Shown here one piece after another: positions 35,470 through 44,513 of a stretch of DNA of 44,513 bases. Below the pieces are notes generated by a model. It saw nothing but the letters and a program-made list of their open reading frames with translations, did not search any database and was not told where the DNA came from. How positions within the stretch are numbered: the stretch's first letter is position 1; the number at the start of each line of letters is the position of its first letter. This stretch comes from Escherichia phage Gluttony. Both the position numbers and the translations under genes were made by a program. Location of the stretch: the sequence record NC_031113.1. One strand, written 5' to 3'.

Positions 35470-36254
35470 ATAAACTCTATCGTGAAGCGACGCGCTTTGA
35501 CCCCTCAGGACGCGTTCGCCTGATTCACATTGACGCGCAGGACGTGGAACCCGGAGACGGCGCGATCGGCGCGGGCCACCACTATTTTCATTACTGCTTT
35601 ATCCCACACACTGCGGAGGATATCGCTGCCGCGGGTGGTGACGAGGATAAGCTAAAACCTAAATCAATCTTCTTCGGCGGGCAGGAGTTCGAATTTTGGC
35701 CCTTCGATTTGTCCGGCCTTAACTTTTCCACATCGACGGCAGCAGAACCGCAACTAACAATCGTCGATATTGGCGGCATAATAACCCGGCTGTCACTGAA
35801 TCACGACCAGCTACTGGGCGCGAAGGTTGAAATAATCGACACATTCGCGAAGTTCCTGGATAACGGGTCGGACCCAGACCCGACGCAGAAACGAGTGCAG
35901 GAGTATTACATCGACTCGCAGGTCGGGCGCAATCCAGGCAAGCAAATCACCTTCGCACTATCCTCCCCCGCGGATATGGAAGGGCAGGTCGTTCCCCGTC
36001 GCCAGATCATGAACATGTGCGAATGGGCGCTCAACGGGAAGTACGCCAGCGGGGACGGTTGCACATGGAACCTTGCACAGCCTGGAATAAAGTATTACGA
36101 CGAGCGAGGTAATGAAGTCATCGCAATGAATATGGACCGATGCGGCGGCTGTTTGTCCGACTGCTATCTTCGTTTTGGGCAAGGGCTTGCGGATCCTAAA
36201 GCTGCGGTGCTGGACTTCGGTGGTTTTCCTGGGTCCAAATTAATCAAGGGGTAG
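35466..36254 (+). CDS. Minor tail protein, lambda gpL-like
   Basis: C-terminal Cys cluster GCTW...DRCGGCLSDC similar to the lambda L iron-sulfur region as recalled. Confidence 0.75.
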   Translation: MNKLYREATRFDPSGRVRLIHIDAQDVEPGDGAIGAGHHYFHYCFIPHTAEDIAAAGGDEDKLKPKSIFFGGQEFEFWPFDLSGLNFSTSTAAEPQLTIVDIGGIITRLSLNHDQLLGAKVEIIDTFAKFLDNGSDPDPTQKRVQEYYIDSQVGRNPGKQITFALSSPADMEGQVVPRRQIMNMCEWALNGKYASGDGCTWNLAQPGIKYYDERGNEVIAMNMDRCGGCLSDCYLRFGQGLADPKAAVLDFGGFPGSKLIKG

Positions 36255-36256
36255 CC

Positions 36257-36997
36257 ATGTTAACGAAAAAGGTTAAAAGCGATATCGCCGCGCACGTTGC
36301 GGCATGTCTGCCTGAAGAAGCCTGTGGCCTTGTTGTCATGGTGGGCCGCAAACAAGTATTTGTCCCGTGCATGAACGTATTCGAAGACCCGACCGGCGTG
36401 CGCTCACGCAGAGACGCATTCACGATTAGTGATATGGCCTGGATGGATGCCGAGGATATGGGCGACGTCGTGCGAGTAGTCCACTCGCATCCAGGCCAGC
36501 GAGAGCTTACACCCTCACTTGGCGACGTTAACGGATGCAACGGCAGCGGCGTAGTCTGGACCATCACTAACGAATATGGCGACTTTATCGAGATCGACCC
36601 TGAAGACCCGCCGCTGGTAGGCCGCCGATTTGTTCTCGGAATTACAGATTGTTATGGCCTCGTCATGGACTGGCACAAAAAGCAGGGTGTAAACCTGCCA
36701 GACTTCCGCGTGCCGTATAACTGGTGGGAGACAGGCGAAAATCTGTATATGGATAATTGGTACGGTGCTGGCTTCAGGGAATGCGAGGAGAATACGCCGG
36801 GGGCAATGGTCATCATGCAGATTAGCGCGCCTGTGCCTAACCACGCTGGGATATTCCTTCCGGGCAACCAACTACTACACCATATCTACGGCAGCCTGTC
36901 GAGCGTGATTCCCTTCCGGGCAGGATTTTTCCGGGACAATGTGGTTAAATGGGTACGTCATAAAGACCTACCGGGGAATATAACAGAATGGCAATGA
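36257..36997 (+). CDS. Tail assembly protein, lambda gpK-like (JAMM/MPN plus NlpC/P60-like)
   Basis: HSHP...D JAMM-type motif; position. Confidence 0.7.
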   Translation: MLTKKVKSDIAAHVAACLPEEACGLVVMVGRKQVFVPCMNVFEDPTGVRSRRDAFTISDMAWMDAEDMGDVVRVVHSHPGQRELTPSLGDVNGCNGSGVVWTITNEYGDFIEIDPEDPPLVGRRFVLGITDCYGLVMDWHKKQGVNLPDFRVPYNWWETGENLYMDNWYGAGFRECEENTPGAMVIMQISAPVPNHAGIFLPGNQLLHHIYGSLSSVIPFRAGFFRDNVVKWVRHKDLPGNITEWQ

Positions 36998-37605
36998 CCA
37001 CATTTAAATTATACGGCGTTTTAGGACGTCGATTCGGTAAAGTGCATAAGCTGGACTGCTTCACTCCGGGCGAGGGTATTACCGGCCTGTGCGTGAAGTT
37101 ACCCGGCTTACAGGACTTTCTAATGTCAGCCCACCTGGACAATATGATGTTCAAGGTGCGCAAAGGCGACCACACGATGACCGGCTATGATGAGCTGGGT
37201 GAGTTCCACGGCAACCGCGTCGTCACCATCGCGCCGGTTATGACTGGCGCAAAAAGAGGGTTGGGACAATTGCTGGCGGGTGTCGCGATCGTAGTGGCGT
37301 CGTTCTATACGGGCGGACTTGCTACTGCCGCTTTCGGGGCTTCGGCTGCAACCGCTGCCGCTATCGGGACGGCGACGTTTTCGTTCGGGATGTCGATGGC
37401 GCTGGGTGGCGTTATGCAATTGCTGTCGCCACAACCGAAAGGATTGCAGACAAGGCAGGACGTGGATAACAAAGCGTCGTATGCGTTCGGAGGCCCAGTA
37501 AACACTACCGCGCAAGGCACGGCTCTTGGTGTATTATGGGGCGAGCGTGAGATCGGCGGCGCTATTATTTCAGCCGGAATCGTAACCGAGGACTTGAACG
37601 AATGA
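36988..37605 (+). CDS. Tail assembly protein, lambda gpI-like
   Basis: Gly/Ala-rich hydrophobic C-terminus; position before the J-like gene. Confidence 0.65.
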   Translation: MAMTTFKLYGVLGRRFGKVHKLDCFTPGEGITGLCVKLPGLQDFLMSAHLDNMMFKVRKGDHTMTGYDELGEFHGNRVVTIAPVMTGAKRGLGQLLAGVAIVVASFYTGGLATAAFGASAATAAAIGTATFSFGMSMALGGVMQLLSPQPKGLQTRQDVDNKASYAFGGPVNTTAQGTALGVLWGEREIGGAIISAGIVTEDLNE

Positions 37606-40600
37606 CGATTATCTACGACGTCACAGGGCATAAAGGCGGCGGCGGCAAACAGCACACCCCACAGGAGACGCCAGATAGCCTGCATTCGCTGGCTAAAATC
37701 CGCATCTTGCTTGCGCTGGGGGAAGGGGAATTCGAAAGTATTACCAGCGCCAGCGAATTGCGGCAGCGTGTTTACCTTGATGGAACACCGATCCAGAACG
37801 CGGACTTGTCCGAAAACTTCCCCGGCGCGCGGGTGGAGTTCCGCCCAGGCACACAGCACCAGGACGTGATCCACGGATTTTCAGCGGTGGAAAGTGAGCA
37901 ATCCATCGGTGTAAAACTGGAAAACGGCACGCCGTGGGTGCGCCAGATTAACGACACCAGTTTGGACGCCGTGCGCATTCGCATCGGCATTCCGGCCCTG
38001 TACACAAACGAAGATAATGGCGACCTGGTGGGCGGGCGCATCGACTATAAGATCGTTGTGTATACGGATAACGCCGACCCGCGTGAGTTCAGATTCGCCG
38101 CCGTTGGTAAAACAATGTCGCTGTATGAGCGCGACCACCGCATCGAATTACCGCCGAACGTGAATACCGGCTGGCGCGTGGAGGTGCACCGCATAACGGC
38201 AGACTCCACATCGGCGAAAGTGGTTAATGATATCCGGGTGCAGTCCATCACTGAGATTATTGACGCCCGCCTGCGTTACCCGCTAACCGCGCTGTTGTTT
38301 GTGGAGTTCGACGCCAAAGCGTTCCAGAACATCCCGCGCGTGTCCATCAAGTGCAAAGGCCGCAAAGTTCTAATACCGAACAACTACGACCCGATTAATC
38401 ATACCTATTCCGGGGACTGGGACGGCACGTTTAAACGCGCATGGACGGATAACCCTGCGTGGCACTGGTACGATATTTGTATTACTGAGCGCTTCGGCCT
38501 CGGTCGGCGTATCAAACCGCAAATGTTAAACCGGTACGCGCTCTACCAGATTGCGCAGCGCTGCGATCAGTTGGTCAGCGACGGCAACGGTGGTCGAGAA
38601 ATCCGCTTTAAGAATGATATGTACATTCAGTCACAGACGGATGCCTGGACCGTGCTTAAGGATTTAGCCGCCATCTTCGCCGGAATGACCTGGTGGGGCA
38701 ACCAGATGTTGAATATCGTCAGTGACCAACCGGTCGCAGCAGTGTCGCACACTATCACCAACGCCTCGGTTATTGATGGTCGATTCGACTACGCGTCCGG
38801 TAGCCAGAAAACTCGGTATTCCACATTCGCGGTAGCATACGGCAACCCGAAGAACCACTATGAAGATGCCATCGCAACGGGGCAACGTGTCGAACTGGTA
38901 CGCCGCCATAAGATTAACCGTCTTGATATAACGGCGATCGGCTGTACGCGTGAGTCAGAAGCGCAACGACGTGGGCACTGGGCGCTAATCTCCAACCAGC
39001 TTGACCAGCAAGTTAGCTTTAAGGTGGGCATGGAGGGACTTTTCTTTATTCCTGGTAGCGTAGTCGCGATCGCCGATACAAACATTTCTGGCGGCTTCGA
39101 GACACGCGGCGGTCGCCTGTTGTCGGACCCTGGCACGCGTACCGTGCTTAACACGGACAGCGAAATCACATTCCGCCCAGGTGATAAATTCCTGGTACGC
39201 ACCGATAGTGGTAATGTAGAGACTCGCGAGATCGCCAGCGTCAACGGCAACAAGGTTACGCTAAAAACCGCACTGGACGCCGACCCGATTCCTGATCAGC
39301 CGTTTTGCGTCGATGGCAACGATATCCAGTTGCAGAAGTTCCGCATCACCGACCTGGAATATGACGACTCTACGAGCACTTTCTCGGTGCGCGGGATTGA
39401 ATACAACGATAGCAAATATGATGCCGTTGATAATGGCGCGCGCCTAGACCCGGGCATCTTTACGCAAGTGCCTGACGGGGTAATGAAGGGGCCGGAATCC
39501 GTGACCATCACCCCGTCGCAGATTTCATCGCAAGGACAGCTAATCACCAACGTGGATATTGTATTCCCTCCGGTGAAGGATGCCGTGGTGTATGAAATCC
39601 AGTGGAGGCGTACCAGCCTTCAGAATATGGAAATCCAGTGGGGTAACGACTGGGTGAATATCCCACGCACGGCGTCGAACGGCGCGCACATCCCTAACGT
39701 GTTCTCCGGTAACTACCAGGCACGCGTCCGCGCGATCGGTATGGGCGAGATTTCATCTCCGTGGGTGTCGTCCGCCATCACGCCGGTGGAAGGTCGTCTC
39801 GGTGGGCTTAACGCACCAATCATCACCAACGCTATTTCGGGCCTTCACCAGATCTTGTGGAAGTGGAACCACAACAACGCCGCTACTGATATCTCGTACA
39901 CCGAGCTTGAAGTGCGCAAGACCGGTGAGACTGAATGGAAATTCCTTACCAACGTCCCATATCCGGGGGCGGAGTATGCGCAAACATCGCTGGAGTTCGG
40001 AATTTACCAGCAGTTGCGCGCCCGTGTAGCGGATAAAATCGGCAACCGGTCGGACTGGTCGGCCCCGTTTGAAGGGCAGGTGAGTGACAAAGTTGACGAG
40101 TACATGAAGGGGCTTGATGACGAGTTCTTGACTTCCGAGGATGGTAAACACTTCCAGGAAGCTATTAACACGATCCCGCAAGGCATTTATGAGTCAATGC
40201 TCACCGACGCCCAGCAGCTATTCAACGCCCGCGCCGAGTACAAAGGGATTTATGCGGAAATCAAGGTGACGTATAACGTGGCGGCGGACGCCCACAAGGC
40301 GGTCGCTCAACTGGAGACGTTGATCGGCACGCGACTTGATGACGCGGAAGCTGCGATCCGCACGTTGCAGACCGCGCAGAGCACACAGGAACAAGCGTTC
40401 GCCCAGTACCAGCAAACTGTTGCCGCTAAGTTCGGGGAACAGGAAGCCGCCATCCAGCAGGTACAAACGGCAACCGCAGACGTGGCGGGAGCGCTGGCGG
40501 AATATAAGACCCAGGTCGCTACACAGTTCGGTCAGCAGTCCGCCGCTATCGAGCAGAAGATGACGTCCTCGTTTAACCACTCTGGTGGTAGCGCCACGTA

Positions 40601-41021
40601 TAGCCTTAAGGCTGGCGTGACATATAACGGGACTTATTATGATGCGGGTATGCAGCTTTCCGTTGTGACGTCTGGCAACGCGGTTAAATCGCGTATTGCG
40701 TTCAAGGCGGACCAGTTCTACATCATGCATCCGTCCAATGGGACGCTGTCGTCTGCGTTTATTGTGGACGGTGGCGCGGTGTATATCGACACGGCACGCA
40801 TCAAGAACGCGTCCATCAACTTCGCGCAGATAACAGACACGCTGCAATCGAATAACTACGACGGCAGCACGCGCGGCTGGCGCTTAGGGAAAGATGGAAC
40901 GTTTATCAACCTGGGCACCGGTAGCGGCGGCGGGATGAAACAGACGAACACAAGAATCAGCGTGAAGGACGGAAACGGCGTTCTCCGCGTGCAGATTGGT
41001 GAGCTTACTGGTAGCTGGTAG
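37602..41021 (+). CDS. Central tail fibre / host specificity protein, lambda gpJ-like
   Basis: 1139 aa; N-terminal third resembles lambda J as recalled (YSGxWDGTF, YxIxQxCDQ, DGxGGxExR). Confidence 0.85.
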   Translation: MTIIYDVTGHKGGGGKQHTPQETPDSLHSLAKIRILLALGEGEFESITSASELRQRVYLDGTPIQNADLSENFPGARVEFRPGTQHQDVIHGFSAVESEQSIGVKLENGTPWVRQINDTSLDAVRIRIGIPALYTNEDNGDLVGGRIDYKIVVYTDNADPREFRFAAVGKTMSLYERDHRIELPPNVNTGWRVEVHRITADSTSAKVVNDIRVQSITEIIDARLRYPLTALLFVEFDAKAFQNIPRVSIKCKGRKVLIPNNYDPINHTYSGDWDGTFKRAWTDNPAWHWYDICITERFGLGRRIKPQMLNRYALYQIAQRCDQLVSDGNGGREIRFKNDMYIQSQTDAWTVLKDLAAIFAGMTWWGNQMLNIVSDQPVAAVSHTITNASVIDGRFDYASGSQKTRYSTFAVAYGNPKNHYEDAIATGQRVELVRRHKINRLDITAIGCTRESEAQRRGHWALISNQLDQQVSFKVGMEGLFFIPGSVVAIADTNISGGFETRGGRLLSDPGTRTVLNTDSEITFRPGDKFLVRTDSGNVETREIASVNGNKVTLKTALDADPIPDQPFCVDGNDIQLQKFRITDLEYDDSTSTFSVRGIEYNDSKYDAVDNGARLDPGIFTQVPDGVMKGPESVTITPSQISSQGQLITNVDIVFPPVKDAVVYEIQWRRTSLQNMEIQWGNDWVNIPRTASNGAHIPNVFSGNYQARVRAIGMGEISSPWVSSAITPVEGRLGGLNAPIITNAISGLHQILWKWNHNNAATDISYTELEVRKTGETEWKFLTNVPYPGAEYAQTSLEFGIYQQLRARVADKIGNRSDWSAPFEGQVSDKVDEYMKGLDDEFLTSEDGKHFQEAINTIPQGIYESMLTDAQQLFNARAEYKGIYAEIKVTYNVAADAHKAVAQLETLIGTRLDDAEAAIRTLQTAQSTQEQAFAQYQQTVAAKFGEQEAAIQQVQTATADVAGALAEYKTQVATQFGQQSAAIEQKMTSSFNHSGGSATYSLKAGVTYNGTYYDAGMQLSVVTSGNAVKSRIAFKADQFYIMHPSNGTLSSAFIVDGGAVYIDTARIKNASINFAQITDTLQSNNYDGSTRGWRLGKDGTFINLGTGSGGGMKQTNTRISVKDGNGVLRVQIGELTGSW

Positions 41022-41057
41022 TATAGGGGCTTCGGCCCCTTTTTAACGAGGTTATTT

Positions 41058-41360
41058 ATGGCATTCGGTATCGCAACGTGGGACGCGCAAGGACGCCCAA
41101 ACAACTACGGCATTAAACCGGTAAGCGTGATCGGAAGGATTCATCTTGCGGAAGGACAAAAATCAGGCGCATGGTCATTCCCTGTACCGGCGGGGATGAA
41201 GGTCGGATACGTGGTCGCACTGGATAAAGGCGCGGTCGGGCCAGGCCGCAGAATAACCGCCAGCGGGAACACTATCACGGTTTCCGCGGCAAGTGCGGTA
41301 GGTGGCGGGGTTTACTCCGCATCTGAATGTGACGTTATTGTTTTTGTGGAGCGAGCATAA
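41058..41360 (+). CDS. Hypothetical tail-associated protein, 100 aa
   Basis: ORF track; position after the J-like gene. Confidence 0.4.
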   Translation: MAFGIATWDAQGRPNNYGIKPVSVIGRIHLAEGQKSGAWSFPVPAGMKVGYVVALDKGAVGPGRRITASGNTITVSAASAVGGGVYSASECDVIVFVERA

Positions 41361-42034
41361 TGGCTAATTACGGCGCGTTGATTGACTTACCAAACGGCAA
41401 CCCGTTTATCACGCCAGAATCGACGCCGTTTTGTCTATTCCGCCGTGTGGTTGTTGGGTCTTCGGCTAACGGCACTGCGCAGTCGGCGGCTGCCGATATT
41501 AATTTGGGCGGTGACTACCCTGCAATAGCGTTTGTGAAAACTACGCACACCGCCCAGCCGACCGTCGTAGGGTCTTCTCGCGTTGGTAATGTGGTGAAGG
41601 TGAGCGCCAGCAATCCATTCGGGCAAGGCTTCACGATGACGGCTTACATCTTTGCCATATTCCCACAGACCCTTCCGCGGTGGGGCTTCGCTATTTGGGA
41701 TAAGACGGGGAAGCTAGTGCTTACTAATGAGAGTCGCGTACTGAGCGATTTAGTTACCGTCGGGTCGCCTGGCGCTAACGGGGGGATTAACATTGATCAG
41801 ACGCTAAACGGCAGCTACGCCGTCGCACCGGGAATATTGGGGTCTACGCTGATCCGGTTTTTTGTGCAGGGCCAGCCGCAGGTAATATCGGTAACGGCGT
41901 ACACGGGGGCCAGATTTGATGGGTCGCGAACGCGTATATCGGCAGCGTCGTCAGGGAACGCCACGGGGGATGTGGTGGGGTATACTAACAACGGCAACGC
42001 GATTATGGCGATTAACACTGCCAATTATGATTGA
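41360..42034 (+). CDS. Hypothetical tail-associated protein, 224 aa
   Basis: ORF track; followed by a terminator. Confidence 0.45.
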   Translation: MANYGALIDLPNGNPFITPESTPFCLFRRVVVGSSANGTAQSAAADINLGGDYPAIAFVKTTHTAQPTVVGSSRVGNVVKVSASNPFGQGFTMTAYIFAIFPQTLPRWGFAIWDKTGKLVLTNESRVLSDLVTVGSPGANGGINIDQTLNGSYAVAPGILGSTLIRFFVQGQPQVISVTAYTGARFDGSRTRISAASSGNATGDVVGYTNNGNAIMAINTANYD

Positions 42035-42036
42035 AG

Positions 42037-42060
42037 AAAGCCCCGAAAGGGGCTTATTTG
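42037..42060. terminator. Bidirectional intrinsic terminator
   Basis: AAGCCCC-GAAA-GGGGCTT with T-rich flanks. Confidence 0.6.
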
Positions 42061-42272
42061 CAGGTTGTGCTTTTGAAATGGTCTACAGACACGTACTGGA
42101 AGCTAAACGGATAACCCGCCCTTAGCATTTTATGCCCGGAGAAGTCCGCAACACCATACACAGGTACCGCATAATCCATGCCGCTATTCTGGTATGTGGC
42201 GTCGCAGACTTTAGCGGGCATGTTGGCACAACCGGACAAAAGAACCGCACAAATCATAATTAAAGTTTTCAT
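42054..42272 (-). CDS. Moron: small secreted lipoprotein, candidate superinfection-exclusion (receptor-blocking) protein
   Basis: MKTLIMICAVLLSGC signal peptide with lipobox; AGGAGA RBS; own promoter and terminator; opposite strand between tail genes and tail fibre. Confidence 0.65.
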   Translation of the reverse strand: MKTLIMICAVLLSGCANMPAKVCDATYQNSGMDYAVPVYGVADFSGHKMLRAGYPFSFQYVSVDHFKSTTCK

Positions 42273-42303
42273 GGTATCATCTCCTATATTTGGTCGAGTT
42301 TCA

Positions 42304-42331
42304 GTATTACACCGCTCAACCAGGATTGCAA
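42304..42331 (-). promoter_or_regulatory. Promoter for the lipoprotein moron (TTGCAA-16-TAATAC) containing AATTGGTTGCA
   Basis: Hexamer spacing read on the minus strand. Confidence 0.45.
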
Positions 42332-42352
42332 CCAATTTATGAGGATTTAGCT

Positions 42353-44131
42353 ATGGCAGCGGGCACACTATCCGTAACGAATAACAGCAAGGCGGTTGTA
42401 GGGGTCGGCACAACGTTTACCTCGTTTAACGCTGGCGACTTCTTAACGCTGGTGGTAGGACAAGTCCCCTACACCGTAGCAATCGCGTCCATTGAAAGCG
42501 AAACCGCGCTTACGCTGGTGTTGCCGTTCGACGGCCCAACGGCAACCGGCCTCGCGTGGGATGGCGTTAAGCGCGATACCATGTCACTGGCGACGATGGG
42601 TGTAACCGTACAGGCACAGAAAGCATTGCGCTTGATGATTGCAGATGAAAACAACTGGCGTGCAATCTTCGGCGACGCTGAAGAAATCACCGTGACGCTG
42701 CCTAACGGGCAGGTAATGCAGGGTATGTCATGGGGCTACCTGTCGCAGTTGATGAAACAGATCGACCCCGTTGAGATGCTAAACCTGCAACAACAAGCCG
42801 CCGCATCGGAAGCAGCCGCGCAAGGATACCGCGACCAGGCCGAAGGCATTAAAACCGAGACGGCAGGCATCCGCGACGACACCAGGTTGATTAATGCTGA
42901 TACGCTGGCGATCCGCAACGACACCGATGCCATCAGGACGAATACCAACCAGATTAAATCAGATACGCAGGCCATTAAGGACCAGACGAACCAGATCAAG
43001 ACGGACACCGGCGTTATTCGCGACGAAGCCAATACCGCGAAGACGGACGCGCAATCCGCCCGCGATGCTGCGCTGGGATACCGGAACGAGGCCGAACAGT
43101 TCAAGAATGAGATCGACCCGTCGAAACTTCTGGCAAAGGCCAACAACCTTAGCGACGTTGCCGACCCCGCGGCAGCGCGCGACCACTTAGGCATCGGGCC
43201 TGACGACACCCTTAACCTTGGTGGCCTGGTAACGTCCGGCAGTATCTCCGCGGGCCGCAACACATGGGATGGGTCTAACTGGGGGAGCCAGGGACTTCTC
43301 GCCTCATTAGTGGTCCTATACCCGGACGGAAGCTCAGCCCCAGGCTTATACGTGCGAAAATCCAACGGCGACAGCGGATATGCGGCGGGATGGTTGTATA
43401 ACGAGAACAGTATCAGTTGGGCTACTAACGCGCGTATTGCGGGCTTTCAGTTCCGGTCCCCTAAAGGCGCGATGGGGTATAACCAGCTATGGTCAGAGGC
43501 TGTGGTGCGTGCGGACGACTTCATGGCACAGAATGGCGCGGAAAACTATAAGTCGTTAATCGCGGGGGCCGCTACAACGCAAGGTCACGGATACTCGGGC
43601 GGTGTCTCGTTCGGGATAATGACAACTGGCATAAACAACTGGCCCCGGGCGCAGATCTCGATCGGCACAGCAGACCGTGACGCCGCTGGGAATATGGCTT
43701 CGCAGATGCACTTCCGCTTTAATGAATATGGGCAGATTTCTTACACAGGGCCACTGGGGACGGGGTCGTTCCAGCAAGTACCTGCGTCGGATCGCAACCT
43801 GAAGCATGACATTGCCGATGACGCAAGCAGCACCGCCTACGACAATATCAAGGCTTTGCGGTTCCGCACGTTCGTATTCAACAACGATGAACAGGAACGG
43901 CAGCGTCGCGGTATTATTGCGCAGGAAGCGGAAGAAATCGACCCGCTGTATGTGAAGCACCGCGTGTATAACAATCACGAATTAAATGGGCCTCTGGTGC
44001 ACCAGCTTGAACTGGATACGACACCGCTGTTACTCGACACTATGCGAGCGTTGCAGGATACGATTAAGCAGGTGGAGGATTTGAAGGCGGAGATCGCAGC
44101 GATGAAGCAGGCGGAAGAGTTGAAGAAATAA
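42353..44131 (+). CDS. Tail fibre with DT-rich repeat shaft and C-terminal intramolecular chaperone (Peptidase_S74-like) domain
   Basis: Start at MAAGTLSV with GAGGA RBS; repeats DT..I..; C-terminal SDRNLKHDIADDASSTAYDNIKALRFRTFVFNN. Confidence 0.75.
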   Translation: MAAGTLSVTNNSKAVVGVGTTFTSFNAGDFLTLVVGQVPYTVAIASIESETALTLVLPFDGPTATGLAWDGVKRDTMSLATMGVTVQAQKALRLMIADENNWRAIFGDAEEITVTLPNGQVMQGMSWGYLSQLMKQIDPVEMLNLQQQAAASEAAAQGYRDQAEGIKTETAGIRDDTRLINADTLAIRNDTDAIRTNTNQIKSDTQAIKDQTNQIKTDTGVIRDEANTAKTDAQSARDAALGYRNEAEQFKNEIDPSKLLAKANNLSDVADPAAARDHLGIGPDDTLNLGGLVTSGSISAGRNTWDGSNWGSQGLLASLVVLYPDGSSAPGLYVRKSNGDSGYAAGWLYNENSISWATNARIAGFQFRSPKGAMGYNQLWSEAVVRADDFMAQNGAENYKSLIAGAATTQGHGYSGGVSFGIMTTGINNWPRAQISIGTADRDAAGNMASQMHFRFNEYGQISYTGPLGTGSFQQVPASDRNLKHDIADDASSTAYDNIKALRFRTFVFNNDEQERQRRGIIAQEAEEIDPLYVKHRVYNNHELNGPLVHQLELDTTPLLLDTMRALQDTIKQVEDLKAEIAAMKQAEELKK

Positions 44132-44133
44132 GA

Positions 44134-44157
44134 GAGGGGCCATACAGCCCCTTTTTA
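44134..44157. terminator. Intrinsic terminator after the tail fibre gene
   Basis: AGGGGC-CATACA-GCCCCT followed by TTTTT. Confidence 0.65.
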
Positions 44158-44513
44158 GTTTGAGTTTTCCCAGTCCATTTTGCGCCGCACCAGCGGGCTT
44201 TCGTAATATTCCTTTCCTTCCACTTCCACCAAAGGCCAGTCGTTCACAATCACGTATGGCTCCGCGATATCCTCAATCACGCCGTGCGCGCTTTGCGGCC
44301 CTAACGACACACCAACCAGGATAACACCGGCAACGCGACGGGTCAGATATTCGCGAGCGCAACGTGCCTCAACCAGCCCACGACGGATGCCGCTGGTGGC
44401 CTTAACCTCGTAGGTCCATACGGCATCGATCACATGCTCGCGGAAGTCGGGACCGGACTTCACCTTGCGCTTGCCTACCATGATAATATCGCCGCGGTCT
44501 ATGGTATTGGCAC
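44155..44513 (-). CDS. 3' part of the same wrap-around gene (44387..44513 duplicates 1..127)
   Basis: ORF track 44155..44481; the Met at 44481 has no RBS and the frame stays open upstream in the other repeat copy. Confidence 0.5.
   Translation of the reverse strand, partial: ANTIDRGDIIMVGKRKVKSGPDFREHVIDAVWTYEVKATSGIRRGLVEARCAREYLTRRVAGVILVGVSLGPQSAHGVIEDIAEPYVIVNDWPLVEVEGKEYYESPLVRRKMDWENSN
44387..44513. repeat. Second copy of the 127-bp terminal direct repeat
   Basis: Identical to 1..127. Confidence 0.9.

Noticed and set aside
1-44513. tRNA genes, integrase, repressor or excision functions
   Set aside because: No cloverleaf-like sequence with a T-loop GTTCRA motif and no tyrosine or serine recombinase motifs were seen; absence is by visual scan only and should be confirmed with tRNAscan-SE and HMM searches.

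Overview
This window reads as a complete, unrolled genome of a tailed, siphovirus-like dsDNA phage of about 44.4 kb; the first 127 bp are identical to the last 127 bp, and one minus-strand gene runs across that junction, so the sequence is most likely a circular or permuted assembly. Genes fall into three blocks: a leftward (minus-strand) replication and DNA-metabolism block at 1-12.6 kb, a rightward early block with a primase-helicase, small ORFs and a lysis cassette at 13-19 kb, and a rightward packaging, head and lambda-like tail block at 19-44 kb. No integrase, repressor, tRNA or CRISPR array was seen, so a virulent lifestyle is inferred. The main non-routine signals are two near-identical GGGACA-rich repeat cassettes (one beside the primase-helicase, one inserted between the tail chaperone and tape-measure genes), two opposite-strand morons in the structural region, a recurring ATTGGTTGCA promoter-associated motif, and unusual acidic/basic repeat tails on two early proteins. 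All calls come from reading ORF translations and DNA motifs by eye; no database search or folding was run, and coordinates of short sites may be off by a few bases.
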